64,000 nucleotides of DNA. Source: the human T2T-CHM13v2.0 reference genome, Homo sapiens. The position numbers were made by a program, and so were the translations under genes. The notes beneath the pieces were generated by a model. The model was not told where the DNA came from, searched no databases, and worked only from the letters and a program-made list of their open reading frames with translations. Each line of letters starts with the position of its first letter. Positions within the stretch are counted from its first letter, which is position 1. Shown here piece by piece: positions 58,703 through 64,000 of this stretch. Location: NCBI RefSeq assembly GCF_009914755.1, contig NC_060933.1, one strand, 5' to 3'.

Positions 58703-59425
58703 AGTCATTCACTCATTCATCCGGTCCGCAATATTTACTAAGCAACATCGTACCAGGTCCTGTTCTAGGTACTTAGGATCTAGCAATACACAATATAGAC
58801 AAAATCTCTCAGGGAGCTTCTAGTATTCGGAAAATAAATGTACAGTACATAAAATATGGAAAACAGCTGGGCACAGTGGCATCCACCTGCAGTCCCAGCT
58901 ATTTGGGTGGCTGAGGCAGGAGGATCACTTAAGCCCAGACATTCAAGTCCAGTGTGGGCAGCACAGTGAGACCCCCATCTCTAAAAAAGAAAAATACTAA
59001 AAACACCTAGGAAGAAAAGAAGAAGAAAGAAGTTAGAGTATCCCATGAGTAGGGGGTGGTGTTGTGGTCAGCAAGTCCTCACTGAGACAACTTAAGTCAA
59101 GGCTGAAAAGAGAGACGGGAATGAGCTATGCTGATTCCTGGTGCGAAAAGCAATCCAGACAGTTGGACCTCAAGGTCAAAGTCCCTGAGACAGAAAAGAG
59201 GTTAGTAGGTTCAAGGAACAGCAATGAGGACAGAGCAGAGAGTGGAGTCAATAAAGAGAGGAGTAGAAGGAGATGATGTCAGAGAATGGAAGGAAACAGT
59301 AAGAGAAAGTACAAGGCCAGCAGGCCCTCTAACATTTTAGCTTCAGCTCAGAGAGATAGAAGGTTCTCCACAGAGGAATAACACAGTTGCTTTATGCTTT
59401 AGCAGGATAACTGACTGCTGCAGAA
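58703..59425 (-). mobile_element. L2 3' region, interrupted by a FLAM
   Basis: TCATTCACTCATTCAT...AATATTTACTAAGCA...CCAGGTCCTGTTCTAGGTACT L2 terminus. Confidence 0.75.
58865..58994 (+). mobile_element. FLAM (Alu monomer)
   Basis: Single ~130-bp monomer ending GAGACCCCATCTCTAAAAAA. Confidence 0.88.
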
Positions 59426-60364
59426 AGAATACCAGGAAAACGGCTGGACACCAGAACTTCCTTCAGTACTTGCTACACTGGAAATAGTACAGGTTGGGTC
59501 CTACACTGCAACCTAAAAGGATGTGGGATCATGTTGATTAATCTGCCAAAGGATTTGATCTGGTATCTTCCATCAATGGAGCACGTAATTGCTGTTTTCT
59601 CATCTTTCTTCTTTTGAAGAAGTATTATCGAAAACAGGATTCAGGGGACAGACAGATCTGATTCCAACTCTCATCTTGCACCACTTATGGGATAGGAAGC
59701 ATGGTACATATTAGGTTTTCCCCTTAAAATAAACATATGATTAACATACTACCTGTGAAGCACAGGGCCTGGCAGTGTGTGCAAGTGACAAATAAAGAAT
59801 GGCTATTACCATTGTTGTTATTATAGAAGACTCAAGGCTTTGTCAAACACATGTTATAAAAGGTCAATGAAGACAGTAGCATCTTCCTAATTTACTAATC
59901 TCAATTGCCAAACCAGCCACAGGAAGTACCCTCTTCAAATACTGGGGACTTTTTTGAAAGCTAATGCAAGTCTAAATACTCATATTTCATCAGACTATTA
60001 CTTCATAAGATTTAGTAAGGATGGCAGTAACTCCTAAGATGATCAGAGATGAGTGTCAGCTATGGACTTAGAACTCCATTATTCCTAAAGATAAAACGCT
60101 GTTCAATTCAAGCCCCATGCCAGAGATTACATAAGAATTCCTGGATAACTATTTTGTTTATTTTTTAAAAATAAATTCTCTGCTGGCAAAACTTTTTTTT
60201 AGTAAAATTATCTTTAGTTCTTATTAGCAACATTCTCTTTACAGAAATGAAGTATGTTTTTTAAAAATCTTGAAAACCAAATGTTTTATTTGACAGACAC
60301 GTTTTATGATCTTTTCAAAAACCCATTCTCATCCGTCATTTTCTGTTTATAAAAGCAAGTACCT

Positions 60365-60905
60365 CTGGCTGCCTACCCAACATCCCCTCTCCATTAAACA
60401 TTTGCCAGCAAAGGCCCAAATCAGTTAGGGCACCCATCCCCTCATGTGCATCAAGGGGTGGTGGCCCTCAGTTCAGACTCGAATGTTGAATCCTGAATTG
60501 GACCATTGCTGCAAGTCCAAATTCCCTAGTGACTGAGCTGAGCCTGTGAAGCAGTTCTGACTGTGAGACTCAGGGAAGAACTGATATTGGAGGTGGCCAT
60601 GTGATATTGGGAGCCTGTTAGAAGGGCTCTGGGGAAGTTTTCCTTGCTCCCAAGAAGAAAACACTGCAAGAGAGAGACCTTTTTGTCTCTAGTCTGGCTG
60701 CATATGGCTGTGGAGCTGGAAGCCCTGTGGCGGGCTTGCTAAGGGCCTAAGGCAACAGGATCCCAAAGAGGCTGCAGCCAGGGCCCTGAGCTGACATCTG
60801 GAGCCTTCCCTACCACTGGACTGCTCCATACATGAAGGAATGCATTTTCTTCTTGCTGAAACCAATTAGAATTGGGTGTTTCTGCTACCAGCAGCCTGCT
60901 GAAAC
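60365..60905 (+). mobile_element. MLT1-like MaLR solo LTR
   Basis: GGCCATGTGA, CTCTGGGGAAGTTTTCCTTGCTC, CCTACCACTGGACT, AAACCAATTAGAATTGGGTGTTTCTGCTAC. Confidence 0.7.
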
Positions 60906-61327
60906 ACCGTTTCATAGATGATTATTAATTTTATTTTAATCTAGTATTACAGCTGAAAGTTTATTTTGATAAATGACATCACATTTGCACAAATGAATAA
61001 ACAGATGACCTTTCCCCTTTTATTTACTCCTTTTCATCATAAGTGTAATATATACTCCCTTCTGAAAAATCACTTTTAAATTTCATAAATGAACTGACTG
61101 AAGTCTGAGATTTCCAAAAACTAGTGTCTTCATTTTTATTAAACTTACATCTACTCTGGTTTGGCAGTTATTTACAAAAGCTAAGGAAAACTCCATGACT
61201 ACATAAGCCCATAGTATTCTTGATAAGAAGAAGGTTGGAAAGATTTATTGCAACCTCTGAGCTGTGCTTTCATTCTGTAGGTATTCAGTGCCTCATGGAA
61301 TTGGAGGATTCTTGTTGAAAATTGATC

Positions 61328-61638
61328 TTTTATTTTATTGTATTTCTTTCTTTAATTTTTTAGAGACATGCTCTCACTCTGTTGCCCAGGCTGGAGTGCA
61401 GTGGCACAATAATAGCAACCTTGAACTCCTGGGTTCAATCTTCCTGCCTTAGCCTCCTAAGTAGCTGGGCCACCAAATGAGCATGCCATTATGGCCCATT
61501 AATTTTTAAAAATTTTTTTGTAGAGACAAGTCTCACTATGTTGCCTGGAGGAGTCCTGAACTCCTTAGCTCAAGTGATCCTCATGCCTCAGCCTTTTCCA
61601 AGTGCTGGGATTACAGGCATGAGCCACAACATCCAACC
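61328..61638 (-). mobile_element. AluJ
   Basis: Diverged reverse dimer. Confidence 0.92.
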
Positions 61639-62687
61639 TCTTTTAAGCCTTTTCCAGAGTTCTTGTCAAAGGCTCCAGGTTTTTCACACTTTACCCTCCA
61701 TTAGTATCTCAAGAACCCTGTGGGGTGAATATGTGTGCATATTTGAATGCATGTATGTGTATACATGTATATATACAAGCACACATGTATGTGAATCTAA
61801 TGTTATCAGAGACAATAGCGTAAGTATAAAAGGGTGTTGGAATCGAAAATTTGGCCTAACCATTTCATTAGACTGCTTTCCTACAAAATGCTTTCATGAA
61901 AGTAGAGTGTAGTTATGGTAAGCCAATAAATAGCAATTTCTCCCTCTCAGCAAACAAGGAGATGTTTATTTGCCTGCCCTCTCATACACACATGACCTAA
62001 GAATGCTTTCCTTGTGTAACTCTGTGTTGACCTTATTTATACATACGAAAGAAAATCTCTACTGGAGTCACTTATCACAATGCCAAATAAAATTCCCTCA
62101 AAATGTATTTAATAGAGTCACTTTAACTTCGGATTTCAAGGCAACTTATATACTCCAACTAGAGAAATTGCTTTCAAGTATGCATGACAGAAGGTGCACA
62201 AAGTGAAACAATAAACCTTACTGACAAAACTGTTTCTATACCAGTTTGAGCATATTTGCCATTTACAATTGACATATCATTTGTTCACTCAGAGAATCCT
62301 TCAAAGCAAAGCAGGTGGGTTTAAAAGGAATTTAGATGTACAGACAGCTCGTGTGGTAACATCGAACTAAACTGATCCAACACTATCAGTTGGCCTTTCC
62401 TCTTTATTAGTGACCTTTCAGTGATGTTCTTCACCTTAGCATACAGAATGTATTTAAGAGATACAAACCACCGTGGAATGGCCACAAATACCAGAAAAGG
62501 CCTAATGTTGGTCACGTTTCAACAATAAATACCACAGTCCTTAATTAGAACCAGTATGCTAACCCACACCAGGAAACAGGAAGACTACGAGATTGTCTTT
62601 TCTAATATTCTACCTCCACATCTCCATGGCCCTGCTCATTCCTTCTTCAACTCCTTTCAGTATTCCCCTCCCTCCTTCTTAAAAATC

Positions 62688-63325
62688 TTTTTTTAATTTC
62701 AATAGTTTTGGGGGTACAGATGGTTTTTGGTGATGTAGGTAAGTTCTTTAGAGGTGATTTCTGAGATTTTGGTGCACCCATCACCCAAGCAGTGTACACC
62801 GTACCCAATATGCAGTCTTTTATCCCTCACCCCCGTCCCATGCTTCCCTCCAAGTCCCCTAAGTCCATTATATAATTCTTATGCCTTTGTATCCTCACAG
62901 CTTAGTTCCCACTTAAAAGTGAGAACATATGATATTTAGTTTTCCATTCCTGAGTTACTTCACTTAGAATAACAGCCTCCAGCTCCATCCAAGTTGCTGC
63001 AAAGGCCATTACTTTGTTCCATTTTATGGCAGAGTAGTATTCCATGGTGTATATATGCCACATTTTCTTTATCCACTTGTTAGCTAATGGGCATTAAGGC
63101 TGGTTCCATATTTTTGCAATTGCAAATTGTGCAGCTATAAGCATGCATGTACATGCATCTTTTTCATACAGTGACTTCTCCTCCTCTGGGTAGACACCCA
63201 GTAGTGTGACTGCTGGATCGAATGGTAGTTCTACTTTTAGTTCTCTAAGAAATCTCCATACTGTTTTCCATAGTGGTTGTACTAGTTTACCTTCCCACCG
63301 GCAGTGTTTAAGAGTGTTCCCTCTT
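62688..63325 (-). mobile_element. L1PB-like 3' end
   Basis: Minus frame [33 protein letters not shown]...AAQFAIAKIWNQP (ORF2p C terminus) plus L1PB 3' UTR GGTGATTTCTGAGATTTTGGTGCACCCATCACC. Confidence 0.92.
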
Positions 63326-63777
63326 GTTTTACCTCTCTCTTCGCATTTTTCTGTCATTTCCCTGTAAATGGAACCATGCAAGAAACATTTAAAATTGGCT
63401 AGTCAACTACCTTAATTTCCGTAACAGAAAAGTTTTCGATTCAACTTTTGGCATTTACATCACTTGCAAGTTAACCGTAGACTGGAAAGATTAAAGTCAC
63501 CAAATGTTATAATGCCTTATATGCAGGATTTTTATTCTGAAAAGGATGAACACAAAATAGTGAAATTTGTTTTTTTAATTTTTTAAACCTTCTTGGACTT
63601 TTGAGAGACAGAAGGACAGGGATCTCTCTAAAGACCCAAAAGTATAAAAAAAAAATTCCTCAAAAATAAAGACAGAAAATTCTTGATCCAAGTAACCTCT
63701 ATAAAAGGTATGAAATAACTTAGTTTTTCTACATAATTTTTGAAAAGCTAGCAGGTTTGAAACAAAAGAGGAACGAC

Positions 63778-64000
63778 GTCCAGGCATGGTGGCTCATGCC
63801 TGTAATCCTAGCACTTTGGGAGGCTGAAGGCGGGTGGATCACCTGAGGTCAAGAGTTTGAGACCAGCCTAGCCAACATGGCAAAACCCCTTCTCTACTAA
63901 AAATACAAAAATTAGCCAAGTGTGGTGGTACACGCCTGTAATCCCAGCTACTTGGGAGGCTGAGGAAGAAGAATTGCTCGAACCCGGGAGGTGGAGGTTG
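63778..64000 (+). mobile_element. AluS (cut by window end)
   Basis: Left arm, linker and part of the right arm. Confidence 0.95.

Overview
This is primate nuclear DNA (human or great-ape-like), not prokaryotic: AT-rich, CpG-depleted and dense in Alu, L1, L2, MIR, MER and LTR repeats. I cannot support any protein-coding exon or RNA gene. The ORF track consists of Alu, L1 and mariner translations plus chance frames. An A-rich plus strand and mostly plus-strand L1s suggest a large intron of a minus-strand gene, but I cannot name the gene. The best structure lies at about 32.3-37.5 kb, where an ancient L1 carries nested insertions. One is a near-full-length dead Hsmar2 mariner, itself interrupted in its left TIR by an Alu. 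The other is a ~530-bp mitochondrial ND5/ND6 fragment (NUMT) sitting where ~2 kb of L1 ORF2, including the RT domain, is missing. Other oddities are a tail-less, doubly truncated L1PA fragment with an internal inversion, a CpG-retaining decayed-ORF-like island at 37.8-38.6 kb, a duplication with a serial template-switch junction, closely spaced inverted Alus, enhancer-like motif clusters and candidate cryptic or micro exons. I see no evidence of a new multi-gene biological system. Repeat subfamily names are recalled from consensus sequences, and boundaries of old repeats are approximate.
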